Source: a virus
Lineage: Duplodnaviria > Heunggongvirae > Uroviricota > Caudoviricetes
Strand: one strand, 5' to 3'
IMG/VR virus record: IMGVR_UViG_3300046327_000158
Location: 16,540 to 80,539 of that record
DNA length: 64,000 nt
Under the pieces are notes generated by a model. It was given only the letters and a program-made list of their open reading frames with translations, was not told the origin of the DNA and ran no database searches. Shown here piece by piece: positions 28,445-38,615 of the stretch. Both the position numbers and the translations under genes were made by a program. Within the stretch, counting starts at the first letter, position 1, and each line of letters opens with the position of its first letter.

Positions 28445-28880
28445 TGTGTGTTGTTTCTAAAATTTTCCAATACTTGTAAAAAAATGGCAAGATATTTCTT
28501 GGTACATCTTTTTCTCTATGCCTTATAGAATTATGAACTAATGGTTTATTAAAGTTTTTTAACTCACCCCCATCTTTCTTTTTAAGAACTTCACGTAAGT
28601 ATCTTATTTTTTTCTTTAAGTAATCATACTTCTTTGCACGACCAAGATAATTGACCAAACACATTCCAAGATAGTAATTAAACCTCATCTTACCAAGATT
28701 TGGAAAATTTACTAATACCAGTTCTTCATCTGCCTGTATCGATCTTTTGAGATAAAATATGTTATGCTTTATTATATCTGCTATTAGCTCTTTATCTTTT
28801 CCTGTTATTGCAGATAGCTCTTCTACTATATCTTCTGTAAAGTATACCTGCTTACTGCTTTTTTTGAAAGGCCAGGACAT
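28416..28880 (-). CDS. hypothetical protein
   Basis: 154-aa ORF. Confidence 0.5.
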   Translation of the reverse strand: MSWPFKKSSKQVYFTEDIVEELSAITGKDKELIADIIKHNIFYLKRSIQADEELVLVNFPNLGKMRFNYYLGMCLVNYLGRAKKYDYLKKKIRYLREVLKKKDGGELKNFNKPLVHNSIRHREKDVPRNILPFFYKYWKILETTHNEEHIKYFK

Positions 28881-29211
28881 ACACTTGCTTTTTATTTTTT
28901 ACAAAACTATCACGTACACTCTCCATGTCTGGAGATAACTTACTCATTCTTAGATTTTTCTCGCTTGACATTAAATATCCCTTATCTCTAAGATGCACAT
29001 CTGCCACTCTAATATCACCATCTTTTTTCCCAGTATCCTCCTTTATGAACTCCTTTGTCTCTTTGCTATAACCATTCCTAATATAATAAATTAGTATTAG
29101 TCTTTCAAAGTTTCTTAAGGGAACATCCTGCGATATTGAGTAGACACGTAAAATCTTATCAATAAGATCTATTTCGTTTTTGTACTTACTTTTTAATGTT
29201 GGAAAACTCAC
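28852..29211 (-). CDS. hypothetical protein
   Basis: 119-aa ORF. Confidence 0.5.
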   Translation of the reverse strand: MSFPTLKSKYKNEIDLIDKILRVYSISQDVPLRNFERLILIYYIRNGYSKETKEFIKEDTGKKDGDIRVADVHLRDKGYLMSSEKNLRMSKLSPDMESVRDSFVKNKKQVYVLAFQKKQ

Positions 29212-29279
29212 TTGCTATTATTTTTGTACAAAGGTACGAAGCTATTTTGAGAATTCCAAATTATTTAACAATTATTTAA

Positions 29280-29564
29280 CTAATAATTATCTTGTATCTC
29301 AATAATATTATTAGTCATTGGTTGAAATCTGAAAGTATTAAAGAAGAAAGATTCTGCCATTCTTGACATAACTCTTATTGTTAATACTGGATTCATCTGA
29401 TACAATCTGAACAAATCAAATGTAAGGTTGCTTATAAAATCCTCGTTTTCATCGAGGTACGCTGTAGAAACTATCTTTTCTGATACATCTTCCCACAACA
29501 AATCGTAGAACTCCTCATAGGTAAGTTCTTGAAATTCTGAATAGGTAAAATCTTTTGTTGACAT
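29280..29564 (-). CDS. hypothetical acidic protein, first gene of minus-strand operon
   Basis: 94-aa ORF 18 nt downstream of minus-strand -7 box. Confidence 0.5.
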   Translation of the reverse strand: MSTKDFTYSEFQELTYEEFYDLLWEDVSEKIVSTAYLDENEDFISNLTFDLFRLYQMNPVLTIRVMSRMAESFFFNTFRFQPMTNNIIEIQDNY

Positions 29565-29581
29565 ATTAATTGGTTTTTATG

Positions 29582-29589
29582 CAAAATTA
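29582..29589 (-). promoter_or_regulatory. -7 box TAATTTTG (minus strand) driving the leftward operon
   Basis: TATGCAAAATTACAAA motif identical to 17763-17778. Confidence 0.45.
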
Positions 29590-29661
29590 CAAAAAAGATT
29601 TCTAATATCCAAATAAGTTAAAAGAATAGTTAACAAATTTGGAAAATAAAAAAAGAGTTTG

Positions 29662-29669
29662 TATCTTTG
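29662..29669 (+). promoter_or_regulatory. -7 box TATCTTTG within TTGTATCTTTGCAAAAATATTT
   Basis: matches Bacteroidetes TAnnTTTG consensus; motif recurs at 30142, 33803, 51288, 59873. Confidence 0.5.
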
Positions 29670-29713
29670 CAAAAATATTTACAATTTTATTTTTTTATTT
29701 GAAAAAGGTTTTG

Positions 29714-29721
29714 TACCTTTG
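29714..29721 (+). promoter_or_regulatory. -7 box TACCTTTG
   Basis: TTTTGTACCTTTGCAAAAAA; same box at 31591 and 58026. Confidence 0.45.
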
Positions 29722-30141
29722 CAAAAAATATAATTAATGACGTGTGGCTATCTGAAAAGATTCACGTTGCGGTTTCGTATAACCTATGCTAAATGGAAGA
29801 GGGCATTACTGTTTTGTAATGAAGACCGCCAGAGGAGGGCTGTTTAAGATTTCAGCCCACTTACGAACGTAGGCAGCTAAATAAATAATGCTGTCGAATA
29901 AGACAAAGCGTCTTTCAGTATACAAATAAAAAATCTACAGCAGGTCCTTGGATTCGGTGTTTTTCCGCTGCTGGCTCACCTTACTTCTTCTTTTATTTTT
30001 AAAGAGGGGGTAAGGGGGTGTTTTCCTACAAAACATTGTACCACAAAAAGGCGGTCTTCTAAGGAACAGCCTTAGAAAGACAGTACTGAAAATAATTGTA
30101 AAATATTTACATAAAAGTTTTGCAGTTTAGTATAATTGTTG

Positions 30142-30149
30142 TATCTTTG
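30142..30149 (+). promoter_or_regulatory. -7 box TATCTTTG for helicase operon
   Basis: TTTG at 30117-30120 gives a -33 element; ATG at 30166. Confidence 0.55.
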
Positions 30150-30165
30150 CAAAAATATTTAAGTA

Positions 30166-31562
30166 TGTATAAATTAAGAGATTACCAAAGTGATTCAGTT
30201 GCAAAAGGTTTGGAACTGCTTAACTCAGATAAGTCAAGACGAGAGTTACTTGTGTTACCTACTGGTGCCGGTAAATCAATTGTAATAGCAGAAATAGTAA
30301 AGCAGTTAAACGAGCCTGTGGTTATCCTACAGCCTTCAAAAGAGTTGCTTGAGCAGAACTATAAGAAGTTTATAGATGTTGGCGGTGAAGCTACTATATA
30401 CTCGGCATCTGCTGGAGTAAAAGAAATAAGTAAAGTTACCTTTGCAACTATAGGTTCTATAAAGAAAGCCGTCAATGAGCTAAAGAGACTAAAAGTCAAG
30501 AAGCTTATTATTGATGAGGCTCATATTGGCGTAAAGTCAGGATCACAACTACGCTCTTTTTTAAAAGACTTAGGAATAAACAATACACTAGGACTTACCG
30601 CAACACCATTTATATTGGCGAGCTCTATGAGTGGTGCCGAGCTTAAGATGCTAACAAAAGTAAAAGGAAAGTTGTTTACTGATATTGCTTATGTTCATCA
30701 AATAGGAAGTATGGTGACCGGAAGTCACTGGACCCCTCTAGAATACCGTATAGTTGAGCAGGATGATACATTTTTAAAAGTTAACTCATCAGGATCAGAT
30801 TACACAGAAGATAGCATGAAGAGCTTCTATCAGAATAATGACCTACAATCACAAGTTGTTGATAATGTAGAGCATTGTTTGTATGAAGGTTCTAAATCAA
30901 TACTAGTATTTGTACCCTCTATAGCGGAGGCAGAAATTTTATCAAATAAGATAAAAGGTTCTAGATATGTTAGTTCACTATCCTCTAAAAAAGAAAGAGA
31001 TGAGATAATTGAAGGTTTTAAAAATGGAGATATCAAGGTTGTAATAAACGTAGGGATCCTAACTACAGGGTTTGATTATCCAGAATTAGAGACTATTATA
31101 CTAGCAAGATCAACAATGTCTTTTGCACTTTACTACCAAATGATTGGTAGAGGGGTTCGTATACACGATAATAAGACAAAGACCGTTGTTATTGATCTTA
31201 GTGAGAACTATAAAAGATTTGGAAGAGTTGAGGATTTTACTGTAGAGTTTATAAAAGGTTATGGTTGGGGTCTTTTTAATGGAGAGTTTCTAATAAGTAA
31301 CTACCCGATAGAGGCAAAAAATAGACCAAGAAAGTCAAACCTTGAGAAAAAGTACAATCCTAATATAGCAAAAACAGTAGGTGTTACAGTGTCAGGTGTT
31401 GGTACAACTAGGCTTACTTTTGGTAAGTATAAAGATCACACACTCAATGCAATACTTGCTAAAGATAAAGGTTACCTAGTTTGGATTATGGAGAATTTTA
31501 CATTCAGACCTAATCAAAATTGGCTGAAAAAAGAGATAGCAACTTTGTTAAATATTTCTTAA
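30166..31562 (+). CDS. SF2 DEAD/DEAH-box helicase
   Basis: motif I LVLPTGAGKS, motif II IIDEAH, motif VI QMIGRGVR; start moved to first ATG downstream of promoter (ORF-track start 30120 is TTG inside the promoter). Confidence 0.75.
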
Positions 31563-31590
31563 ATATATTTGTTAATTAGTAATTTTTTTG

Positions 31591-31598
31591 TACCTTTG
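31591..31598 (+). promoter_or_regulatory. -7 box TACCTTTG upstream of recA-like gene
   Basis: 22 nt upstream of ATG 31620. Confidence 0.5.
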
Positions 31599-31619
31599 TA
31601 CACAAATTAAAAGTAAATT

Positions 31620-32603
31620 ATGGCAGAAGAAAAAGACCCGTTGTTGGACGTACTTGCGAGTATGGACAAAAGATTTGGAAAAGGTGCTGTTATCGTAGGT
31701 GACACAGTTATCCAAACAGAAAGACAAAGTACAGGTTCATTGGGAATGGACATTATCACCGGTGGTGGTTGGGGTAAAGGAAGAATGGTTGAGATATTTG
31801 CACCGGAAAGTTCAGGTAAGACAACGCTATGTATCCATACTATGATACAGGCTCAAAAGGATAACCCTAACAAAAGGGTAGCTTTTATTGACGCAGAACA
31901 CGCATTCGACAGAAACTACGCAGAGCATTTAGGATTAGACATGAACCAAGTAATAATCTCACAGCCTGATAATGGTGAGCAAGCACTAGAAATTGCTGAA
32001 GCTTTGATTGCATCTGGTAAAATATCAGTTTGTGTCATTGATTCAGTTGCTGCATTAACACCAAAAGCTGAAATTGAAGGTGAAATGGGGGATTCTAAAA
32101 TGGGTCTTCATGCACGTTTAATGTCACAGGCTTGTAGAAAACTTACAGGTATTGTTAGCAAAACAAACACAGTACTTCTTTTTACAAATCAGATTCGTAT
32201 GAAGATTGGTGTTATGTTTGGTAGTCCAGAGACAGTTCCTGGTGGAGAGGCTCTTAAATTCTATGCTTCTACTCGTATTGATATGAGAAAAAGTAAAGGA
32301 GACACAGACAGCGAAGGCCATGTTATTAACAGTAAGGTAAAAGCCAAAACTATTAAAAACAAACTTGCTCCTCCTTTCCAAGTAACTGAGTTTGATATCA
32401 TATTTGGAGAAGGTATTGATAGAACAAGTGAAATATTAGCTATTGGAGAAAATATTGGAATTATCAAAAAAACAGGATCATGGTACAATTACGGTGATAC
32501 AAAATTAGGCCAAGGAGGTGCTAACGTAAAACAACTGTTGAAAGATAACCCAGAATTAGCTGAAGAGCTTGAGCAAAAAATTAGAGAATACTTTAATATC
32601 TAG
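31620..32603 (+). CDS. RecA-family recombinase (RecA/UvsX-like)
   Basis: [14 protein letters not shown] Walker [11 protein letters not shown] Walker B, overall RecA core collinearity. Confidence 0.85.
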   Translation: MAEEKDPLLDVLASMDKRFGKGAVIVGDTVIQTERQSTGSLGMDIITGGGWGKGRMVEIFAPESSGKTTLCIHTMIQAQKDNPNKRVAFIDAEHAFDRNYAEHLGLDMNQVIISQPDNGEQALEIAEALIASGKISVCVIDSVAALTPKAEIEGEMGDSKMGLHARLMSQACRKLTGIVSKTNTVLLFTNQIRMKIGVMFGSPETVPGGEALKFYASTRIDMRKSKGDTDSEGHVINSKVKAKTIKNKLAPPFQVTEFDIIFGEGIDRTSEILAIGENIGIIKKTGSWYNYGDTKLGQGGANVKQLLKDNPELAEELEQKIREYFNI

Positions 32604-32605
32604 AT

Positions 32606-33070
32606 ATGGCAGTACATAATTGGATATACCAAGGACATGATATAAATTCAATTACTGATATGCAAAGACATTGCCCCAAAGTATGGGGCTTTGTCTATAA
32701 GCTTACACTGAGAGATAAAAAATCAGGAGCTGTAGCATTTGAGTACATTGGTAAAAAGAATGTTTATACGAAGCGTAAAAGAGCTTTTGGTAAAAAGGAG
32801 ACAGCCGCTCTCAAAGATAAAAGGAAGAAAGCGTACGAGTATGTCATAAAAGAGGGAGACTGGAAAGCTTATGTATCAAGCAACAAGTATATAAAAGCAA
32901 ACAGCACAAAGTATGATATCTTTCGTGAGATTATAATGTTTTCTACAAATGATAATGACTTGACTTATCAAGAAGCAAAGCATATTATCTGTTCTGATGC
33001 ATTAGAAGATCCTAAGTATCTAAATGATGGGGTATCAATAAGACGTTTTGGTAAAAAAATAATTGATTAA
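32606..33070 (+). CDS. small GIY-YIG nuclease-like protein
   Basis: GFVYKLTLRDKKSGAVAFEYIGKK motif; inserted between recA-like and phoH-like genes. Confidence 0.5.
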   Translation: MAVHNWIYQGHDINSITDMQRHCPKVWGFVYKLTLRDKKSGAVAFEYIGKKNVYTKRKRAFGKKETAALKDKRKKAYEYVIKEGDWKAYVSSNKYIKANSTKYDIFREIIMFSTNDNDLTYQEAKHIICSDALEDPKYLNDGVSIRRFGKKIID

Positions 33071-33761
33071 TAATATGCACATAGCAAAAGAAAAAGCAAC
33101 TTCAGCTAAACCGGCCAGAGTGTTAAAGAACGAAATAAAGTATAAAATTACTTTAGACGAAGATCAGAAAAAGGTAAAAGAGTCAATCTACAACTCAGAG
33201 ATAATTGTTATAACAGGTTATGCTGGATCAGGCAAGTCCTTAGTTACAGCACAATCAGTTTTAGATCTTATGTTTAAGAAAGAAGTTACACAAGTGTTGG
33301 TAACTAGAGCTGCAGTTGAGGTTGGAAAGTCTTTGGGATTTTTACCAGGGGAATTAGATTCTAAATTTGACCCTTATATTGAAGCTTTCCGTGATAACTT
33401 ATACAAGTGTTACGATAAAGATAAGGTAGATAAGCACATCAAAGAGGGCCAGATACAAGGATTACCTGTACAGTATATTAGGGGTAAGACAATTGATAAA
33501 GGTCAAGTGCTAGTAGTAGAGGAGGCACAAAACCTTACTAAACACGAAATGTTAGCTATTTTAACAAGACTTGGTAAAGGAGGAAAGATCATCATAAATG
33601 GTGACAATGAACAAAGTGATATTAAGGATGGCTACACTGGATTGCACTATGCAATGGATTTATCAAAAGCTATTCAAGAAATTAGCTGGCACAAACTTAA
33701 ATCAAACCACCGTTCTGAGTTGATTTCTAAGATATTAGACTACGAGCACAATAAAAAATAA
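33063..33761 (+). CDS. phoH: PhoH-like P-loop ATPase
   Basis: ITGYAGSGKS Walker A, VLVVEEAQN Walker B-like, size and layout of phage PhoH. Confidence 0.6.
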   Translation: MINNMHIAKEKATSAKPARVLKNEIKYKITLDEDQKKVKESIYNSEIIVITGYAGSGKSLVTAQSVLDLMFKKEVTQVLVTRAAVEVGKSLGFLPGELDSKFDPYIEAFRDNLYKCYDKDKVDKHIKEGQIQGLPVQYIRGKTIDKGQVLVVEEAQNLTKHEMLAILTRLGKGGKIIINGDNEQSDIKDGYTGLHYAMDLSKAIQEISWHKLKSNHRSELISKILDYEHNKK

Positions 33762-33802
33762 AAAGTTTTTAAAAAAAGTTTGGTAGTTTAAAAAATTTGT
33801 TG

Positions 33803-33810
33803 TATCTTTG
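33803..33810 (+). promoter_or_regulatory. -7 box TATCTTTG
   Basis: TTTGTTGTATCTTTGCAAAATAAAT, 20 nt before ATG 33830. Confidence 0.55.
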
Positions 33811-33829
33811 CAAAATAAATAATAAAAGT

Positions 33830-33976
33830 ATGAGCGAAGAAGTAAAATTTAAGTATTTTTTAAACGGTGCTCCAATAGAAAGAAGTAAAATAAACTTCGA
33901 GCAAAATTTAGAAATCAGAGTCGTAGGTAATAAGGTAAAAATTACCACGCTCGTAAAAAAAGAAAAGTATGAGTAA
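33830..33976 (+). CDS. small basic protein (48 aa), not in ORF track
   Basis: ATG 20 nt after strong promoter; stop overlaps next start (ATGAGTAA). Confidence 0.4.
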   Translation: MSEEVKFKYFLNGAPIERSKINFEQNLEIRVVGNKVKITTLVKKEKYE

Positions 33977-34391
33977 GAAGTCAAAGCCGCAAAAAGAGTT
34001 TATTGATTTAACAATTATTACGATGGTCTTAAAAAAAGATGTCGGGGATAATTTAGCAAAATCTTTTTTAGACACACAAGGTGTACAAAAAGATGATTAC
34101 GGTAGAGATTATGAGTACTACAAAGAGCTTGGGATTGACCCACCGGAAGATTTAATGGAGATGTCAGACAGTCCTACTAAAGCAATCTTCCAAGTTAAGC
34201 AAGAAGATTTAGAAGCAATAGAGACAAAGACTAAAATTAGGCCAGGTGCTATAGTGTTTTTCTCAGAAGCAGACGGAGCTTTACCAGGAAGTACTGTTTA
34301 CCTAGATTTAGATTATAAAATCAGTGTAAAAGAAACAATTAAACAAATAGAAAAGAAAATTAAAAAAGTAAAGAAGAATGGCGTTAAGTAA
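33969..34391 (+). CDS. hypothetical protein
   Basis: 140-aa ORF. Confidence 0.55.
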   Translation: MSKKSKPQKEFIDLTIITMVLKKDVGDNLAKSFLDTQGVQKDDYGRDYEYYKELGIDPPEDLMEMSDSPTKAIFQVKQEDLEAIETKTKIRPGAIVFFSEADGALPGSTVYLDLDYKISVKETIKQIEKKIKKVKKNGVK

Positions 34392-35124
34392 AAATTATTT
34401 GCAGTTAGAGTTTGGATCAGGTAAATTTTTCCAGTACTCAAAAGAGGTTTTAGATGGATATGCACAGCATACATCAACAAAAGGTAATGTAAGTTACAGA
34501 AAGTATTACTCAGATGGAGTAACAGGGGTTTTAGATTCAGTTTCTATCTATGATGGGAAATTCGGTCAACAAATATCAATCAGTTTAAAAGACGGTGATG
34601 ATATTTATTACTTGCCAATTTCTATTTACGATCAAAAACAACAAGTAGATAATACTTACGCAGAATCTTTGATCAAATTGTTACCTCAATTAGAGAAAGG
34701 TCAAAACCTTACAGTATCTGGATATAACTTTGTACCTGAAGGAGAGAAGTATTCTAGAATTGGTCTTAGTATTAAAGTTAGTGGAGAGAAATTGAAATCT
34801 GCTATCACAAACAGCTACTACAATAAAGAAGGAGTTTTAGTAAAAGGAGATATCCCTGCATTAGAGTTCGTAGAAAAGTTAGGTAAAAAGAAACCGTCTG
34901 CTACATCTTTGGAAGCAAAAGACACTTACTTACTTGCTTTATTAGAGAAAGAAGAAGCTAGATTGACTTGGAAAAAAGATGAGCCAGCTCAACAAGAACA
35001 AAAGGCACCAGCTGCTGAACCAAAAGATGAGGCATCTGCAAAACGAGTAGCTCCAGTTACACCTCAGGAAGCTTTTGAGGCACCTGTAGTTTCAGATGAC
35101 GATGATGATGATTTACCATTTTAA
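34378..35124 (+). CDS. ssDNA-binding protein candidate with canonical acidic C-terminal tip (DDDDDDLPF)
   Basis: C-terminus mimics bacterial SSB tail ...DDDIPF; Pro/Gln/Ala-rich linker before it. Confidence 0.5.
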   Translation: MALSKNYLQLEFGSGKFFQYSKEVLDGYAQHTSTKGNVSYRKYYSDGVTGVLDSVSIYDGKFGQQISISLKDGDDIYYLPISIYDQKQQVDNTYAESLIKLLPQLEKGQNLTVSGYNFVPEGEKYSRIGLSIKVSGEKLKSAITNSYYNKEGVLVKGDIPALEFVEKLGKKKPSATSLEAKDTYLLALLEKEEARLTWKKDEPAQQEQKAPAAEPKDEASAKRVAPVTPQEAFEAPVVSDDDDDDLPF

Positions 35125-35155
35125 GAATAATTAATAATAAAAATAGAAGTATACA

Positions 35156-35431
35156 ATGGAAGTAGTTTCAAAAATTAAAGACGAACAATTAACTAAGTTA
35201 CAAGAGTTTAGAAACTTTTTTACAAATGCTAACATGGCATTAGGCGAAACAACCCTAAACTACGAAGCAGCTAAAAAAGCAATCCTATCTCAAGTAGAGC
35301 AAAAGGACTTAGAGTTCAATGAGTTCAGAGCAGAGTTAGAAAAAGAGTACGGAAAAGTTAACATTAACATTTCTAACGGAGAGTTTCAAGTAATTCCGGA
35401 AGAACAAGTTGAAGACCAAAAACCTGTATAG
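35156..35431 (+). CDS. hypothetical protein
   Basis: 91-aa ORF. Confidence 0.5.
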   Translation: MEVVSKIKDEQLTKLQEFRNFFTNANMALGETTLNYEAAKKAILSQVEQKDLEFNEFRAELEKEYGKVNINISNGEFQVIPEEQVEDQKPV

Positions 35432-35843
35432 TATGTCAGCAGAATTAAAAAACCCAATGAATTTTGGTTATCTTGGAGATGAGCAAATTACAATTAGTGC
35501 AAAAGAATTCATGGCACTTAAGGTTGCAGTAGAGCACGGAATAAATGCAACAGCCGAAAGCTATATGCCAGAGGTATTGAGATATTTAAGTACAGCAGAT
35601 GGATCTCATGTAGAAAATCCTTCTGCAGAGGATATCAAATTAGGTGTTGTAGTTCCTGTTACTGACAGAGAGGCAACATTTAATGCAAACAACGTAAAGT
35701 TTAAGTATTCTTCAAAACTTACTGTTGATATGGTAGACGCTCAACAATTGATTATGGAGATCCATACAAGAAACGTTGAAAATGGCGTAGCTAAATCAAG
35801 AGAAGAATTAGAAAAAGCAAACGAGTTAACTGAGGTAAAATAA
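35409..35843 (+). CDS. hypothetical protein
   Basis: 144-aa ORF. Confidence 0.5.
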   Translation: MKTKNLYSMSAELKNPMNFGYLGDEQITISAKEFMALKVAVEHGINATAESYMPEVLRYLSTADGSHVENPSAEDIKLGVVVPVTDREATFNANNVKFKYSSKLTVDMVDAQQLIMEIHTRNVENGVAKSREELEKANELTEVK

Positions 35844-35844
35844 G

Positions 35845-36153
35845 ATGGGAGACGAGCAATTGCTTTCACTATACCTTAAACAAAGCTTGGCTGCCGTTAA
35901 GCAAAATTTAGGAGGGGTATGTACTTACCTCTCCTTTTCTAAGGAAAAATCGTTAAATAAAGAAACGGGCATTATGGAAGAATATGATGCTTTTGTTGCA
36001 AAGTTGTCTAACGAATTTGGTGGTAAAGATAAAGTGGTTTACAGAATAAATAAACCCTTGGATCTGTTAGAAGGAAGTGATTTCAAAAACTTATTGTATA
36101 ATTTACAAGAGAGAGCTTATGAAAGAGGAGAGTCAAATACAGAAACAGTATAA
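35845..36153 (+). CDS. hypothetical protein
   Basis: 102-aa ORF. Confidence 0.5.
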   Translation: MGDEQLLSLYLKQSLAAVKQNLGGVCTYLSFSKEKSLNKETGIMEEYDAFVAKLSNEFGGKDKVVYRINKPLDLLEGSDFKNLLYNLQERAYERGESNTETV

Positions 36154-36306
36154 TTCTTTCAAAGAGTCTGGAGATTTAAAAATGTTATTCCCGGGAATGT
36201 CGGGAAATTGGGAGAAAGACCAAAAAAGATTTACCAGAGTCTGGGAGGATAATCAGAGATTATTAAAAGAAGCAGAGAGTTTCTATAAAAAAGAAGAATA
36301 AATAGT

Positions 36307-37845
36307 ATGTTAAAATTAGGAGCAGAAGCTAAAGAGGCCCTTATAAATGGGATAAACACTGTATCAAATGCAGTAAAGACTACGATGGGTGCTGAAGGTA
36401 AGACTGTTATCATCGAGAATAAAATGGGGTTTAAGCCTCACATTACTAAAGATGGTGTTACAGTTGCAGAAAGTATTCATTTGGAGGATGCTTATGAGGA
36501 GATGGGTGCTAAGTTAATAAAAGAAGCAGCAAGAAGAACCGTGGACTTGGTTGGTGACGGTACAACTACTGCAACAGTTATTACTCAGGAGCTTATTAAC
36601 AAAGGAGTAGAAAAACTAGATTCTGGTATTTCACACGTAGAACTTCGAGAAGGTATTACAATTGGATTAGAGGACATTAATGTTGCATTAAAAGCCTTGA
36701 AGAAAAATGTAAACGACAAAGAGGTAAAGCAAATTGCTACTATTTCTGCCAATAACGATGAGGTTATCGGAGGAATTATTGCAGAGCTTTACAAGAAGAT
36801 CGGAGTAGATGGTACAGTAGACGTACAAGAAGGAATGACAAAAGACACTACAGTAGATTACATCGAAGGTATGTCAATTGATAGAGGGTGGTCATTACCA
36901 CACTTTGTAACAGACCATAGTACAGGAACTGCTGTTCTAGAAGACACTTACGTGTTGATTTTTGACGGTAAGATTAATGCAGTTGGAGACGTTGCTGAGT
37001 ATGTGAGAAAAGCTCAGTCCGAAGGTAAGGGGTTGTTGATCTTCGCTGAAGATGTCGATGAAGGCGTTATGACAATGCTTGTCAAAAGTAAAATGCAAGG
37101 TACATTCAGAGTATCAGTTAGTATGAACCCTGATTTTGGGGTAAACAGATCTAACATTTTGGAAGATCTTGCTATTTTCACCGGAGCAAAAGTTTTTAGT
37201 CCAAAATTCTCAGAAAAAGCAGTTTTAGGCCATGCCTCAAAAGCTATATCTGACAAAAACAGAACTGTTATAATTTGCGATTCGCAAAGCGAGGATTTAT
37301 TAGGCAGAATTGAAGTTTTAAAAAGCCAGGTTGAGAACACAACAGACACAATTGACAGAGAGAAGCTTTCAAAAAGGTTATCAAACTTAAGAAATGCTGT
37401 TGCTATTGTCACTGTAGGCGGAGTTACTGATCTTGAAGTGAAAGAGAAGAAAGATAGAATAGATGATGCCGTTAGTGCAGTTAAATCTGCCTTAGAAGGT
37501 GGATATGTTGCTGGTGGAGGCTCTACTTTATTGTACATCTCTAAGTACAAGATGAAAAAGAAGCTAAAAGGAGGTCAAAAAGAAGGTTATGAGTTGATTA
37601 AAGCAGCTATCCAGAAGCCTTTTGAACAAATTTTAGCTAATGCAGGTATGGATAAAGAGAAGTACGAAGCTAGATTAAGAGTTTACGGTCAAGGCATCAA
37701 TGTTAAGACTCGTAAAGTAGAAAACTTGTTAGAAAAAGGTGTGATTGACTCGGCCAAAGTTGTACAAGTATCTCTTGAGAACGCTACTTCAGTTGCTTCT
37801 TTGGTCCTACAAACAGATTGTTTAATAACTAGTGCAGGACTATAA
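36307..37845 (+). CDS. groL: GroEL-like group I chaperonin
   Basis: 512 aa; hallmark LVGDGTTTATVITQEL, equatorial/apical domain collinearity with GroEL; lacks C-terminal GGM tail. Confidence 0.9.
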   Translation: MLKLGAEAKEALINGINTVSNAVKTTMGAEGKTVIIENKMGFKPHITKDGVTVAESIHLEDAYEEMGAKLIKEAARRTVDLVGDGTTTATVITQELINKGVEKLDSGISHVELREGITIGLEDINVALKALKKNVNDKEVKQIATISANNDEVIGGIIAELYKKIGVDGTVDVQEGMTKDTTVDYIEGMSIDRGWSLPHFVTDHSTGTAVLEDTYVLIFDGKINAVGDVAEYVRKAQSEGKGLLIFAEDVDEGVMTMLVKSKMQGTFRVSVSMNPDFGVNRSNILEDLAIFTGAKVFSPKFSEKAVLGHASKAISDKNRTVIICDSQSEDLLGRIEVLKSQVENTTDTIDREKLSKRLSNLRNAVAIVTVGGVTDLEVKEKKDRIDDAVSAVKSALEGGYVAGGGSTLLYISKYKMKKKLKGGQKEGYELIKAAIQKPFEQILANAGMDKEKYEARLRVYGQGINVKTRKVENLLEKGVIDSAKVVQVSLENATSVASLVLQTDCLITSAGL

Positions 37846-37849
37846 CGCT

Positions 37850-38107
37850 ATGAAGCCAAGTATGAAGCCATTATTTGAAAGAGTTCTACTAAAAGTAGAA
37901 AACTTAGAAGAGAAAAAAGATTTGTTCGGTATCGATCAAGAAAAGCCAAAAGTATTTTTGATTGATGCTGCAACAGACTGTAAGGAGATTATCCTTAATA
38001 ACATCGGATCAGAAGTTTTGTTCAACGGTGTTATTGCAGAGCAAATAGAAGAGACAGACGAATACAAAGTTGTACTGACTCATCAGACTAACCTATTAAT
38101 GATATAG
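37850..38107 (+). CDS. groS: GroES-like co-chaperonin
   Basis: MKPSMKPLFERVLLKVE...GSEVLF..., about 85 aa, 4 nt after groEL stop; ORF-track start 37832 is GTG. Confidence 0.6.
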   Translation: MKPSMKPLFERVLLKVENLEEKKDLFGIDQEKPKVFLIDAATDCKEIILNNIGSEVLFNGVIAEQIEETDEYKVVLTHQTNLLMI

Positions 38108-38114
38108 AAGAGAT

Positions 38115-38468
38115 ATGGAGACTATTAATAGTAATTTAACATTAACAAGTAATCCCTATTTGGGTAATATCCCAACACCAGGATTAGGACTAAGTGGTAC
38201 AATTAGTAACGGAACTAGCTATATTTCTAATTTACCAAGTATTTGTTTAACAAGTAAAAAAGCACACATGCAAGTAAAAATTGGAATTTTTAAAGTGAAG
38301 AGAGACGAAGATAACAATATCATCTCTTCAGAATTTGTAAAAGAGTTTTGGGCAGAAAAGATTGATGGAGTATCTATCGACCTCTTAGCAGCAAAAGAGT
38401 TAGAAGATAACTTTAATCCAAAAGAAGTTGTAGTAAAAGAGATATACACTGTAAATCTAAATTACTAA
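38115..38468 (+). CDS. hypothetical protein
   Basis: 117-aa ORF. Confidence 0.5.
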   Translation: METINSNLTLTSNPYLGNIPTPGLGLSGTISNGTSYISNLPSICLTSKKAHMQVKIGIFKVKRDEDNNIISSEFVKEFWAEKIDGVSIDLLAAKELEDNFNPKEVVVKEIYTVNLNY

Positions 38469-38475
38469 AAAAATC

Positions 38476-38534
38476 GGGGGCAGGGTAATATTGTTTGACA
38501 GGTCGAAAGACAGAACTGAGCCTGGACAGCCCCC
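38476..38534. other. long GC-clamped hairpin (GGGGGC...GCCCCC)
   Basis: 6-bp GC clamp enclosing 47 nt, immediately upstream of tRNA-like elements. Confidence 0.4.
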
Positions 38535-38540
38535 AAATAT

Positions 38541-38610
38541 AGCGTTAAAGTGTAAAGGTTGCATTCTGGTCTCATAAGCCAGAGGGGTGGTTCGAGTCCA
38601 CGCTACGCTA
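38541..38610 (+). tRNA. tRNA-like gene, anticodon CAT (Met/Ile2-type), slightly irregular
   Basis: anticodon stem CTGGT/GCCAG with loop CTCATAA; T-arm GGTGG-TTCGAGT-CCAC; 5-bp acceptor AGCGT/ACGCT; D-stem with two G-U pairs; short variable loop. Confidence 0.45.
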
Positions 38611-38615
38611 CTAAT

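Noticed and set aside
36077-36301. 74-aa ORF overlapping the end of 35845..36153 in another frame
   Set aside because: Possible real overlapping gene, but it has no upstream signal and heavy overlap. I left it uncalled.
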